From assembly GCA_002269645.1 (NCBI GenBank), contig NIVC01002257.1, positions 125,353 through 189,352 of the forward strand: DNA of 64,000 bases, written 5' to 3'. How positions within the stretch are numbered: position 1 is the first letter of the stretch; each line of letters begins with the position of its first letter. A program made the position numbers and the translations under genes. Source of the DNA: Macrostomum lignano (Eukaryota). The notes under the pieces are model-generated. The model searched no databases. It saw only the letters and a list, made by a program, of their open reading frames with translations, and had not been told where the DNA came from. Below, piece by piece: positions 11,170 through 23,130 of this stretch.

Positions 11170-12805
11170 TCTGCAGGCTCAAGACTTCTTCGAGCAGCTC
11201 TCGGTACAGGTGAGGGCAACGGCGCAGCGTGACATCCTTGTGATCATCCTTGGAGACCTGAACGCGGTTTTAAGTAGGTCCGAGCCGTCACTGTTCGTTA
11301 CACCGCGTGAGAACGGCAACACCGGAGCGCTGGAGGACTTCCTAGAGAGGCAATACATGGTGTCGGCCAACATCCGCTTCCGCAAGCCGCCGGGCAGGCT
11401 CGCAACTTTTCTGGAGCAGCAAGCGCAGGCGGCGGAATGCGCGTGGTCAGAACGCAACACGCTTCCGCGAGCGCCGCCACGTAGTCAATTGCCACGCCAT
11501 CACGCCGCTGGCTCTGCGGTCCGATCATCGACTCCACGTCTGCAACCTTCGTATTCGCGGTCCGCTCTACCGTCCGCCAAAGCGGCCACCGCGGCGCTAC
11601 TACCATGCGCTCAGGGACGCCAACACGCACAGCCGCTTTGCTAGCGCTTTCATCACTGCGATTGGCAGCAAGCGTGGAGGTGCCGAGTGGTGCCGAGAAC
11701 GCGGAGATGTGTGACTGCAGTTCGAGCCGCCGCGGAACAAGCAGTCCCGCTAATGCGACCGGCCCAGCGGGGGCAGCCGGTATGGCAAGACGACCTCGCG
11801 ATTCGGCAAGCGAGGGAAGAGCCGGAGAAGCTCCGTTTGAGCAGGCAACCAGCGAGGCAGAGGAGGCCTTGGCGGCTGTCTATCTGCAGCGCCAGCCGGC
11901 TGCTGTTGATGACGCCATTCGGGCCGTCTCTGCCGCTGGGCCCAATGACAGAGGCCGCTTGGCCTTGTCGGCTATCAATGCTCTGACGGGGCGAAAGCAG
12001 CGCATTACGCTAAACCTGGCTGGCGACTCTTCGGACGAGCGCAGGTACGAGCTGCATGAGTTTTTCGCCGAAATTATCAACGAGCCGCCACCCCCGCTAC
12101 TTGACCGCTCTTCCTACCAACGACGACGGCTTTCTGTTGCGGCGGGTCGACGTCAACCGGAGAGGCGGCTCAGCGTGCTTGGCTACGCCGATGATCTCGC
12201 CCTGCTGTCCTTAACTATCGAGGGCGCCCAGTGACAACTGGACAAGCTAGTTGCTGTCGCGGCGAGTGTCAGCCTGGTGGTCAACACGCAGAAGACCGTC
12301 GTGCTCTGCGTGCCGGACGACTTCGAAGCTGCGATTTTGTGCCGAGGCGCTGATGAACAGGCGACAGAGCTTCCGCGTTGTCAGCAGTTCGTCTACCTCG
12401 GCGGTCTGGTTCCCGGCGTCCGCGAGGATTTGAGGCGTCGGGCTGCCTTTCGTTCTGTGAGGGCTGTCATGCAATCCGAAACCCTACCTGACCGCCGGAG
12501 GGCGGCGTTGTTCCAGGCGGTGATCGAGACCTGTACAACGCCGAGACCTGGACGCTGCCGGAGTCGCTCGAGCAACAAGTTGACGCGGCGCATGCTAGCC
12601 TGCTGCGCGCCGCCTTCAAGATTGGCTACGAGCGAGTGACCAACGAGGCTTTGTATCACCGCGCCGGCCTGGTCCGTCCAAGCGACCTGTTGAGCCGTCG
12701 GCGACTCCAGCTGGCAGGCCACATCATCCCCGCCGAGTCGTACTGACCAGAGCCGGTGCAGGAGGTGCTGCTGCTAACGCTGGCTGACGCTGGCGCCCCA
12801 GATTA
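11170..12805 (+). mobile_element. degenerate RTE-type non-LTR retrotransposon (APE endonuclease + RT fragments, internal deletion, frameshifts)
   Basis: Endonuclease-like IILGDLNA, ANIRFRKPPGRLATF, IDYV. RT motif VLGYADDLALLS at ~12175-12210, followed by VVNTQKT and FVYLGG. Homologous to 57920-59420. Confidence 0.85.
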
Positions 12806-14687
12806 GGCCGCCAGCGAGGTAGCGGTGGATCTTAAACTGCGGTCACCTTCTCCATCAGTGGCCCCAGGCCACGATGGCCCCAGGCCACGATAGCGTGTCG
12901 GCCCAGACGAATACAAATATTGCACATACCATGCATCCACAGGTCCCCTTTTTTGTGCTCCCAGGATTTCGACCTTCTTACTCTCTAGTTGACAAGTTAC
13001 CGATTGCATTTGGTTTTGTTCAGAGCTTTTTATTATATGTACTTCGGGCTCCGTTTTGGCTCTGAATTTGACGTCTTTACAGTACGCTCGTTCAAAAAGC
13101 CCACACAAAAAGGCATTGCGACGTTGAGATGGATATCAAAAGGCAGATTTTATGATCAAAGCGTGAAGCGCTTAGGAAAACTGAAACTCTATATTTATTA
13201 GTAAATATTGGACACAAGAATTGTGTGCCCCAGAGAAAACGGAACAAATAAAGCTGTAAAATATTTCAGGAAAAAAAGTAAACATATGGAAAAAAACTTC
13301 AATAGATGTCCGCGTATAAACGTTCGCGTTTAGATAGATGTCGTACATAGATACGATCGCTATTTATAACAGACAAATTTCAGCAGTTCATGCGCATCAC
13401 AATACGATTTAAGTAGCGATGTAACAGAAAAAACAATACCATAATTAAAAATAGGTGGTCCTGCTGTCCATGAAGCTTGGCAATGGCAATACGCACGTAG
13501 TCTTGGAATAAAAGTTTTATAGCTTGCGTTCGAGAAAAAGCTTATGCATGTTTGAGAATTCTACTGGATAGCGAGGAAAAGTTTAAAAATGAGAAAGTTC
13601 GATGTTGATTTTTTCAACAATGATCAGTTGCGTGTTCGGCTTAGAAAACCTGTAGTAATTGAACTTTAGCTTAAAAAGTACTGTACTAGACAGAAAAAAA
13701 AACAAATTACAGCGGTACATCTTAGGGAATTACAGAGAAAAACGAGGCACCACGAAAGTTAGGAGGACTGTAAAGGAAGAAAAATATATATGCTTGAATT
13801 ACATTTTAACAGCAAGAACTGCTAAGGGGCGTTCTGCGCGCAGAGAGCTACAGGCGCTTCATGAAAACTGTCAGTTCGAAATCTTGTTAAATACGTTATT
13901 CATTACTCGATATTCGATCGCTATTTACGGTATACTGAGTATTTCTAAGAACGTCTAATTTTCATATCAAAGATCATAGTCATAGTCAAAAAGCATTAAC
14001 ATCGATGAATTTGCAAATGTTCAGAGTCAAAATAGAAATAAGAACCTGGAAAAACGGTCTGGTAGTAATACCGTCAAAATTAGCAGCATTTAACCCAACC
14101 AATTATTGCGAAAATTCGTGAACTTTTAGACTTAAAATTCGAATAGTATTTTGTAAGTATGAATGGGCGCTAAAATTACTCGGAGATTACACGTGAAAAT
14201 CCCAACTGTAATCTGATCCTAAAATTAGCAAGCATAATTTTTTACTCGGTGCAGCTAAAAAACTGCTTGTAATTTTTCCGGACTTCATAAGTTTTAAGTG
14301 AGGGTATATAAAATTATCTTGTAGAAGCGGAATAGATTGCATGACTAGCTAATTGGTATAGTATATTTCACCGAAATAGACGAGTGTATCGCATGGTAGC
14401 ATTTCAAGAATCAACTTTTTATTTTGAATTCCCATTTGAATTCGTTTATTAATCAAGAAACTCAGTGTTTTTCAACCCAAGAAATTTATGCTTCTAAATT
14501 AGAAATTTAAAGCCACAGAAAGGGCTGTCTAATAGCTATTTACAATCTTATAAGCTAAATATATATGATATTGGTATTTGTATTTGTATAATACTTGTGT
14601 AAGTATACGCTCGTATGCAGAAAAAATCTTTCAAAAACTTTATTTCGAGTGTCAAGATGCCTTAGATATTGTACATTAATAACTTCC

Positions 14688-17600
14688 TTACTGAGAGACA
14701 GTTTTGAAGATTTTATTTAGACTCTCCAGAGCTTTCTCCAGAGTGACTTCCTTCCACGCATCCGGTATTCTGGCGTACTCCTTTGAGGTTTCCATCAGAG
14801 AGTCTCGATATTTCCAGGCGATCCATTTCCAGTAGTCTGGCACTGGTGCCCAGAAAGTTGGCTCGATGTCCCAGTCCGGAAAGCATTTTTTGTATTCACA
14901 GCAATGGTGCAATTTTCTTTCCTTTCTCCCAGTACCAGCTACTGCAGCCTCCTGATCACCTTCTTCTGTAGTAGATAAATCAACCTCGGCGGAACATTTA
15001 TGACACTTAAAATTTTTGTTCCTGAGACCTGGAAACAATTTTGCGATACGGCTCTGGCTAATTCCTGTGGAAAAGTAGCCACAAGCGTACGGTGCGAACT
15101 CATGTCGAGACTCAAGCTTTTCTCCAGTCAGGCCCATTGGTCTGTGCCCAATACAGCGGTGCTTGCATGAAGCTTTGTCTTCGGTAACATGGTCAGCTTC
15201 CATCCGAATGCAGGGCTCATTGCAGAGCGGGCAGCAGTGATCACAGCCCCAGAAGTAGCTTATCGCGTCTTGATAAGCCTTCTTCATACCTGGGATATTA
15301 TCATAGTCTTGTCTGCCCTCTACAGTTTTTTCACAAAAGGACTCAATCAACTCAAAAGCTTTTTTGTCAGTAAATGATTCTAAAAATTCTTTCAAATCCA
15401 CTTCTGAGTTTTGCAGTAGGCTTGCATCAAGCAGTTCAATTGACAAGGGGAATTCAAACTCATTGCAAATGTCGCAGAACACTTTCAGCCATTCTGTCAC
15501 TGATGTATTATCATTCTTGGCTTTATTGGCTGCAGTAAAAGCATTTTGAATGGTGTTTCTTGACGGCTCAAAAAATTCAGCATCAATAATCAATATATAG
15601 AGCGAATCGTGTCCGTTTTTGTCAAAAAGCACCTCTTGTACTTGCATTTTCAAAAAATCAGCTGCTGCTTGTTTCGGAGAGAGAATGTAAGAACAAAGGA
15701 GTTGCTTACCATCGCTCTCCATCCCATACACAAGCAACTTCTTTATCAATGCTGCTTTGTTACCTATGGATGCCTGTAAGTGCTCGAGACACTTACCTGG
15801 AATTTTGTCGATAGTTTCTTCAAATGATCGCGTTAGCACTTTCTTCAGCGCGTCAAGAACATCATCAGCAGCCATGATTGAATGTCGCAACTTTGACACA
15901 TGGCCTTTGAAGATTTTTAGCAATTGTTCTTTCTCTTTTTCAAGCTTTGACTTTAGACTGAATCGCTCTGCAAACCGGGTTTCCATTTGTTTGAACGTGG
16001 GGTATGCCAAACGACATGCGTACACTACCACAGCTTCTTTTAATTTATTCGTGAGAACGATTTGCCCTGACAATCGGCCTGAAGTTTTTTCAAACTCGCA
16101 GCAAACTGTTTTAACCACTTTTTCCGCATCCGATTTCCAGAAGGATCTGTTCTTCTCTGAAAGATCTCTGAGAATTGGACCAATCGAAGACAATATGCAT
16201 TTAACAGCATCCAAAACGACATTTTGGTACTTGCTATGTCCTCTGTCAATAAGACCCCTAACTAGACCTTTGACCTGATAGAGCTCATCAGTGCTACTAT
16301 GGGGCATGACTTCAGATAGATTTGTTAGTTTCTCAGGCTCAGAAGGTTTCAGTGTGATTTTGGCAGTCCAAGAGCAATCTTGATTGAACTGCAAAGCTTC
16401 CATTGCACAATTCCTCACAATTTTTTCAATGGGCTCTGAAGGGACTGCTGAATCCTCACTAATGGTCAATGCCTCAGTGGTCCAAAACTTGTCAAAGTGT
16501 TTCTGAATCTGTTCGTCAGAAAGTAGCTGGCTTTGATTTGTCATATTTAGCTCATCTGCACTTTCCTTTAATTTCTTCTTTACTGTCTCGATCTTCGCAT
16601 TCTGATTTATTCTGACATTTTGTACCTTCACAAACTCCCTCAAGCGGTCGGAGAGTTCTTCATCTAATGCCTCTTTTTTAGTTACAAGAGCACTCATTCG
16701 ATCACAGTGGTGTTGACTGATATACTGCTTGCGCTTACTTTCTTCAAAGTATTTGTCGAGCTTTTTCTCAGCCTCCTTAAAAGCTGACTGTATCGCTTTG
16801 GGCATTTCATCACGAATTTCCTTTTCGCTACGATCTAAATCTTTTTGAGAATGAATATTCGACTCTCGTGATGTGACACGCTTTCTTGAAAATTCGTAGA
16901 CTTCCTTTTCAAACTCGAAGGCTATCTTCTTAAATTCGACTTCAAGTTTATCGAAAGCCTTCCTTTCAATGCTATTTCGATAGCTAAATACAAAGTTTTG
17001 GGTTAGAACGGCGTTCCAAATGTCTTCAATTCGGCAGGCAAAGTCTTCAAAAGAGAGAAGCGGTACATGAGGATCTCTCGATAACTGAATAAGATGTTGC
17101 TTTAAAGCCTGAACTTTTTCTGAATATACTGTGTTCACAGGATCAGCAGGTGGGTTGCCAAGCCATACACCAGGCAACAGAAATACGTCGGATTCAGGTG
17201 AAAACGAAATAATATCACAAAAGCTTTTTTCTCCGAGACCTGCATTGCCTGATTCAGTCTTAGTGAATTCGTCAAGTTTCTCCTGCCTTGCAGCAATACC
17301 ACTCTGCAGTTTATGAGCTGCTGTTGCTTCACCCACATGCTGATGCGTGAAGATGCAATGTCTTTTTAAGTTTAACTCTTTGTTGACTTGCATCATCTGA
17401 ATAAACGCTTTGATGACAATCGGTAAGACATTTCGCATCTCAGGGGAGTCCTCTCCGTTCACCGTAATTAGAGTGACGTCTGCCAATCCAATCACTAGTG
17501 TGGCGAATTCGCTATCTCGGAAGTTATCTGAACTTTCTTCAACAGACATAATGCCTTCAGTGTCAATGACAGCAAGGTAGTCAAACGGAAGCTTTGAGCT

Positions 17601-20312
17601 CTGATGTGCGTGCACAAGCTGTGAGCTGTGAGCGTGCACAAGCTGCAGAAAAGCTCCTCGAGTGCAGCGACCTGCACTCACTGGGAGTCTCATGCCAAAC
17701 ATTGTGTTCAGCAGAGTGGACTTTCCTGAGCTTTGAACTCCGAGAACTGACACGACAAATATCTTTTTGTCACCAGCTTGCCGCTTGCACTCGAGCAAGA
17801 CAGCTGAAATCCATTTCATGGGAATGTTTCCGAGAGTTCCATCTAACAGTTCAATGGGCATTCCTGACAGCAATAGGGACGCGAATATGCCTGGCAGGCG
17901 TTGAATCTGATGCGGCATTTTTGTCTCACTGATCTGAGCATAGGATTCAAATAAAAGGCCAACTTCTCTAAGTAGGCAATTCAAATCAATCGATGCTTCA
18001 AAATAAGCCTTCTTTGCTTTTTCTACATATTCTTCCAGACGTTTTTTCTTATTAAAATCGCTATCAGGGCACCTTTTTAGTTCTTTCTCCGCTTCTAAGA
18101 GCTTTTCGTTTTGATTGAATGAGTGCTCATCCAGCGCAAATTTTAGTGAAAACAAACTTATTTTGACAAACACTGCTTTTGTTCTGTGGAGCTCGTGCAG
18201 TTGCGTCACAAAATTGGCTAAGAAAGTACCATTGGTTTCATAGGCGGTTACTTGGGATTGGTACAGCTTCTGCTGAGCTGTCAAAACTGACTCAGGATCT
18301 TTTCCACTGGTAATTAGCTTTGCCATTAATTTGAAGTAACGAAAAACTTTCTTTCCGTCTGTATGCGCATGCGATTCAGCTAAAGATTGAAGTGCAAGGA
18401 TATTTTTACGTCCAAATTTTCCACTCATCACGTAGCTAAATACTTCTCTTGCGGAATTCATCACAAAGTCAGGAAAATCTTTAAGCTTTACGGCGTCCTG
18501 AACTCTTGGCATTTGCTGAAAATCGCCTGCAGGTGAACGAATTTTGTCCAGAGCGGAATGAACAGTTGAGCAGATTTCTGCAACGGAGGGAGAGTTATTC
18601 AATAAAAACTCTGTCTTCAAATGTAGATCTTCGTACCTTTGAAAAGCGTCTCTGTTTTCCACTTCTTTTAATGACTCGAGGACAAAAAGCAGAACTTTTT
18701 TTGCTTTGTGGTGAAGTGTCTCCACAAATTGGACGGTTTCGGGTTTAGAAAATTCGTCTAAATAGCCAAACAAGACACAGCACTGTGACAGCTTTGCCAT
18801 TTTTTCTGTCTGCGCATTGTGTTTTTTGGCATCTCCTCGCAAGTTTAACACCAAGTATGGTGTTGCTTTGTGGTGCTTGTCACCCACAGGTTTTTTAAAC
18901 CAAACAGCCGCTTCCACTAGTCCACTTGAACAGATCCGCAATGCCTTTCCGTTTGTGCACTCTCGGTGGAAGAATACATGCATATCGAGTGTTTCGGAGC
19001 TCAACAGTTTGCTTAAAATCTGAGACTTCGAAACTTTTAAGTCTCCAGTTCTTAGGAAGGATATTACTGGAAGTTGCTTGTTGTTGCTTGTGCTTGTGCT
19101 TGTGTCATCAACAACAGGTGCTTGTTGTTGAGGAGCTAAACTGTCTGTGATTGATTGCTTCTCGATTTGCATTGCAAAAGCAGATCCAAGACAAATTCGT
19201 TTCAGCTCTTTATCAAAACCTTCAAATTCCAAAGCGATATCGCCCAGAATCCAGTCACTCTGAACGAGCTCGTTGAACTCATTCGCGTAAAGAAATGGAA
19301 AAGCCAGCTTGCATTGGAACAGCCGCTGGCACAGAAACTGTTTCACTTCCGCATCACAGCACAAGAAACTGGCAAAGAGTACATCGACTGGATGCAACTG
19401 TTTAGCATTGCTTTTCTGGGCATGAGCAAAGGAACTTGTTTTCTGCAACGTTATCCAGGACACTTTTTCTTTTTCTTTTGGTCGGATCGCATCATGCACT
19501 TCTGTCGAACCGCCGATTGTATTTCGAGCTCTTAAGTCGAAAACAGCCAAAGAGCTCAGCATTCTCAAAGCTGGAGATACTGCAGGTCGGCCGTCAGTGC
19601 ACCTGATCTCCGTGATTTTGCTAATGCAAATTTTATCAAATACATATTCCAGCAATCCTGCCTCTTTGAATACTTGTACGAGATCTTCTCGAATCGGTAG
19701 CAAGGCAGGACTCAGTTTTAACAGAGCTGCAAAAATATCGAATAATTCGAAATCTAAACTGCACCAGTCCGGTAATTCCTTCATAGACTGGTGAAATTGA
19801 TGCAAATTTTGCAGACCTCGAATTGACTTTTCAAATTTTTCATGGTCGTTGATGGTCAACTTCAGTTTTTTTAGAATTTCTACGAGTCGTTTGAGCAGCT
19901 CGATTTTGCTCTTTGTGTCGCGGCCGGAAAGCAACTCCAATAGAATTGCTTCTACATCTTCTATACATCCAAGATACTTGACTTCGTTGAGGTACTGAAA
20001 AAAGAACTGCCTGAGGGCTTCCTTTGTTTTCTCATTGTCTGTAGTAGGGAGAATCTGTGATGTAGCAACTTCAGCGTCAACGCTAAGAAGATCCTGGTCT
20101 TCTGTTAGCTTCAGTTTGTCTATTATAGTACTGCTCCATTGGTCCACTGGCTCCAGCCCCTCTCCATCCTCTTCATGCTGCTGGTTGAAGCATTCCAGTG
20201 TCTGCTCGATTTCTTTTTTGCCAGACACGGAAACTGTGGAAGAAGCCCTGAAATACAGAAAACACATCCTCATGTTAGACATCGAGTTGTACATGAACAG
20301 TAGAAAGACCAT
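14688..20312 (-). CDS. GVIN1: interferon-induced very large GTPase (GVIN/URGCP family)-like protein; one giant exon, probably 20247-14688, likely with an unseen upstream exon
   Basis: 1874-aa ORF with G1 GVQSSGKSTLLNTMFG, SAGRCTRGAF, G3 VIDTEG, ATLVIGLADVTL and FTHQHV. GVIN-type C-terminal CDHCCPLCNEPC...H...GHRP Cys/His cluster. Splice acceptor tttctgtatttcag| at 20248. The symbol is a family-level call, not proven orthology. Confidence 0.9.
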   Translation of the reverse strand: MVFLLFMYNSMSNMRMCFLYFRASSTVSVSGKKEIEQTLECFNQQHEEDGEGLEPVDQWSSTIIDKLKLTEDQDLLSVDAEVATSQILPTTDNEKTKEALRQFFFQYLNEVKYLGCIEDVEAILLELLSGRDTKSKIELLKRLVEILKKLKLTINDHEKFEKSIRGLQNLHQFHQSMKELPDWCSLDFELFDIFAALLKLSPALLPIREDLVQVFKEAGLLEYVFDKICISKITEIRCTDGRPAVSPALRMLSSLAVFDLRARNTIGGSTEVHDAIRPKEKEKVSWITLQKTSSFAHAQKSNAKQLHPVDVLFASFLCCDAEVKQFLCQRLFQCKLAFPFLYANEFNELVQSDWILGDIALEFEGFDKELKRICLGSAFAMQIEKQSITDSLAPQQQAPVVDDTSTSTSNNKQLPVISFLRTGDLKVSKSQILSKLLSSETLDMHVFFHRECTNGKALRICSSGLVEAAVWFKKPVGDKHHKATPYLVLNLRGDAKKHNAQTEKMAKLSQCCVLFGYLDEFSKPETVQFVETLHHKAKKVLLFVLESLKEVENRDAFQRYEDLHLKTEFLLNNSPSVAEICSTVHSALDKIRSPAGDFQQMPRVQDAVKLKDFPDFVMNSAREVFSYVMSGKFGRKNILALQSLAESHAHTDGKKVFRYFKLMAKLITSGKDPESVLTAQQKLYQSQVTAYETNGTFLANFVTQLHELHRTKAVFVKISLFSLKFALDEHSFNQNEKLLEAEKELKRCPDSDFNKKKRLEEYVEKAKKAYFEASIDLNCLLREVGLLFESYAQISETKMPHQIQRLPGIFASLLLSGMPIELLDGTLGNIPMKWISAVLLECKRQAGDKKIFVVSVLGVQSSGKSTLLNTMFGMRLPVSAGRCTRGAFLQLVHAHSSQLVHAHQSSKLPFDYLAVIDTEGIMSVEESSDNFRDSEFATLVIGLADVTLITVNGEDSPEMRNVLPIVIKAFIQMMQVNKELNLKRHCIFTHQHVGEATAAHKLQSGIAARQEKLDEFTKTESGNAGLGEKSFCDIISFSPESDVFLLPGVWLGNPPADPVNTVYSEKVQALKQHLIQLSRDPHVPLLSFEDFACRIEDIWNAVLTQNFVFSYRNSIERKAFDKLEVEFKKIAFEFEKEVYEFSRKRVTSRESNIHSQKDLDRSEKEIRDEMPKAIQSAFKEAEKKLDKYFEESKRKQYISQHHCDRMSALVTKKEALDEELSDRLREFVKVQNVRINQNAKIETVKKKLKESADELNMTNQSQLLSDEQIQKHFDKFWTTEALTISEDSAVPSEPIEKIVRNCAMEALQFNQDCSWTAKITLKPSEPEKLTNLSEVMPHSSTDELYQVKGLVRGLIDRGHSKYQNVVLDAVKCILSSIGPILRDLSEKNRSFWKSDAEKVVKTVCCEFEKTSGRLSGQIVLTNKLKEAVVVYACRLAYPTFKQMETRFAERFSLKSKLEKEKEQLLKIFKGHVSKLRHSIMAADDVLDALKKVLTRSFEETIDKIPGKCLEHLQASIGNKAALIKKLLVYGMESDGKQLLCSYILSPKQAAADFLKMQVQEVLFDKNGHDSLYILIIDAEFFEPSRNTIQNAFTAANKAKNDNTSVTEWLKVFCDICNEFEFPLSIELLDASLLQNSEVDLKEFLESFTDKKAFELIESFCEKTVEGRQDYDNIPGMKKAYQDAISYFWGCDHCCPLCNEPCIRMEADHVTEDKASCKHRCIGHRPMGLTGEKLESRHEFAPYACGYFSTGISQSRIAKLFPGLRNKNFKCHKCSAEVDLSTTEEGDQEAAVAGTGRKERKLHHCCEYKKCFPDWDIEPTFWAPVPDYWKWIAWKYRDSLMETSKEYARIPDAWKEVTLEKALESLNKIFKTVSQ

Positions 20313-20829
20313 GGGGGTGGGTGTATTTCAAATACACACATTTTCCCTTTGTCTGGATCTCCAAAAATATTCAACCAGTTGCCATGAAAATCCAGATCAC
20401 TAGCTAAAATTTTCCGCTCTATTCGATGAAGCAACTTCAAAAATCACGGAAAATCGGCACCGTCGAGATATTCAACAATTCTCCTCATGGTGCCTGGTGG
20501 CAAAAACCACCAAAATTGGCAAGATTTTTCTGCTCACGAAATCTCATCATGAAACCACGTCGGCTCAACAAATTTTGCATATCAGTCGCAGCGACATTTG
20601 CTCTCAGCATCCCAGGCACCAGGGTCCCCTTCATCACCGTCTGGAGCATCGGCGGCGACCGTCAAGACCTTCAACAAAAGCATCCGATCGGCATCTCAGA
20701 GACGGCTGCGTTCCCAAAACTGAAATGGAAGAATCCTCTTTCTTCTGCATGCAGCATTCAGTCAGTAGACATAATCAGTGAATGAAATGGACAATGGCGA
20801 CCCTCTAGGCTGACCTGTAGACATACAGG

Positions 20830-21250
20830 CGACCTTCGGGACCTTCAACGGAGTGCCACCACGCGGCCCCGACGAGCTGCACCCCCAACATCGTGATTTT
20901 TCTATCAAGGCAAAAAACCAGGCATGTTTGCGTATTATACAATGGTCCTGTTCCATGTTCAGCATTCAGCTCTGTCTGGACGACCTTCGGGACCTTCAAC
21001 GGAGTGCCACCACGCGGCCCCGACGAGCTGCACCCCCAACATCGTGATTTTTCTATCAAGGCAAAAAACCAGGCATGTTTGCGTATTATACAATGGTCCT
21101 GTTCCATGTTCAGCATTCAGCTCTGTCTGGACGACCTTCGGGACCTTCAACGGAGTGCCACCACGCGGGCCTGATGAGCTGACACCGCCAACATCGTGAT
21201 TTCTTCATCAAGGCACCAAAACCAGGCATGTCTGCGTATTATACAATGCT
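20830..21250 (+). repeat. 151-bp tandem repeat (2 full + 1 diverged copies); 1 full + 1 partial inverted copy at 22627-22904
   Basis: Unit starts cgaccttcgggacc at 20830, 20981 and 21132 (period 151). Inverted ends at 22753 and 22904. Confidence 0.9.
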
Positions 21251-21403
21251 TTTGCACTGTGTTAAATCGGAGAGTTACAGATTTAATTGGCGACCGAAAA
21301 ATATAAAATCTTCAATTTGTCAAAAATGATATTACAGCAAATTCAGAGCGGAAGGATCTGAACACCGACACATAGACACAAAAGCGGAGTCAATTGTCAC
21401 TGT

Positions 21404-23130
21404 TTACTCGTAATTTGGTGCACAACGTGCGCAGTAATGGTGACTCACTGTCATTTCCATCGCAGTGTGTCTTCGGCAAATTCCTTCGTCACATATGCAA
21501 CACTTCCTTGTTGTCCCACTCAAGGCACGCTTCTCGTCCTTTGACTTTTGTCTCGCGCATGTTACACAGCTTTCTGCCACCAACTGACACCACAGCCACC
21601 GCTTCGCGTGCCTGTTCCTTAATCATTTGCTCGTCGTTGATTTGACAACCTGCGAGCTGGAACATGAGCCGGTGATGATTGGACAGGTTCTGAAGAAGAG
21701 CGGCCGATTACGAGCGCTCCTCGATCAGAGGTTGCAGAAGTTGCGCAGCTGCCTTGCACTGGAACTCGTTGCGATAGTTCGGCGAGGCGCAGAGCTCCGG
21801 GTGCGCCAGTCTCCAAATGGCAGCGGCATTCACAGCTGCTATGTTGAGTACGCCGCCGGAGAAGATTGCCTTCTCGCATGAGTCGGACTTTCGCTTGCAG
21901 TCGGATGTGCGGAACATCCTGTTGCAGGCGTCCGTGCCACTCTTGGTAGAATTGTAGTACGTGACTATTGCTACCGGCTTGCCATTGGGAAGCAATTGTC
22001 TGTCGTGGTGCATGGTGGACAGCAACATCACGTTTCGGCCCGCCTTGGGGCAGTAGTACACACACGTGAGCTCCTCAGAAAACCGGAATTCGCTCGTGTG
22101 TGGAGCCACGTTTTGAGTTGAATTCTTGATATCGGCTGGCAGGCCACCACGAGTGCGCACCACTGTTCCAAGAAACGTGAATCCCATTTACTGTACCAGT
22201 GTCGTCTGAATGGATCAGCCATGCGGCAAACAACTTGCTCACCACTCAACACCTCTGAGCCCTTGGCCACCCGAGCATCAGATTCCTGTGATGCAAAAGT
22301 AGTAGACAGCAGTGTTCCTTTACCAGTGCAGATTTCCGCATTGAACACATAGCGGATGTCCTTGTCATCCTGAATCTCTGGATTCCCAGCCGATGTCAGC
22401 AGGAACAGCTTTTCACCATTGCGACCGGGCTTCTCCTTCAGAAAGACCGTGAAGTCACAGTTCACACCCCAGTAGACAACCAGAGTTTCGTCGACGCAGG
22501 GGTATGGCCCAGAAAGAACAGGATGGCGCAGCTGACTGAAAAAGGTGTCCTACAGGCGTCGGATGCCGCAGAGCTTGTCCGTTGTGGCAGTCCGCTGACG
22601 ATGTTCGGCAGTTTCAAATTTAACATGGTGCAGGACCATTGTATAATACGCAGACATGCCTGGTTTTGGTGCCTTGATAGAAAAATCACGATGTTGGGGG
22701 TGCCCGCTCGTCGGGGCCGCGTGGTGGCACTCCGTTGAAGGTCCCGAAGGTCGTCCAGACAGAGCTGAATGCTGAACATGGAACAGGACCATTGTATAAT
22801 ACGCAAACATGCCTGGTTTTTTGCCTTGATAGAAAAATCACGATGTTGGGGGTGCAGCTCGTCGGGGCCGCGTGGTGGCACTCCGTTGAAGGTCCCGAAG
22901 GTCGCCTGTATGTCTACAGGTCAGCCTAGAGGGTCGCCATTGTCCATTTCATTCACTGATTATGTCTACTGACTGAATGCTGCATGCAGAAGAGGATTCT
23001 TCCATTTCAGTTTTGGGAACGCAGCCGTCTCTGAGATGCCGATCGGATGCTTTTGTTGAAGGTCTTGACGGTCGCCGCCGATGCTCCAGACGGTGATGAA
23101 GGGGACCCTGGTGCCTAGGATGCTGAGAAC
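21404..23130 (-). mobile_element. decayed piggyBac transposase pseudogene (frameshifted)
   Basis: Fragments in order: TDKLCGIRRL...CVDETLV...FLKEKPGRNGEKLFLL...RYVFNAEICTGK; FLGTVVRTRGGLP; VMLLSTMH; KPVAIVTYYNSTKSGTD; and the C-terminal cysteine-rich domain RKCCICDEGICRRH...CARC ending at a stop at 21404-21406. Confidence 0.85.

Noticed and set aside
20762-21199. Multiple ORFs in the 151-bp repeats (also 22462-22972)
   Set aside because: Frameshifted duplicates of piggyBac pseudogene sequence.
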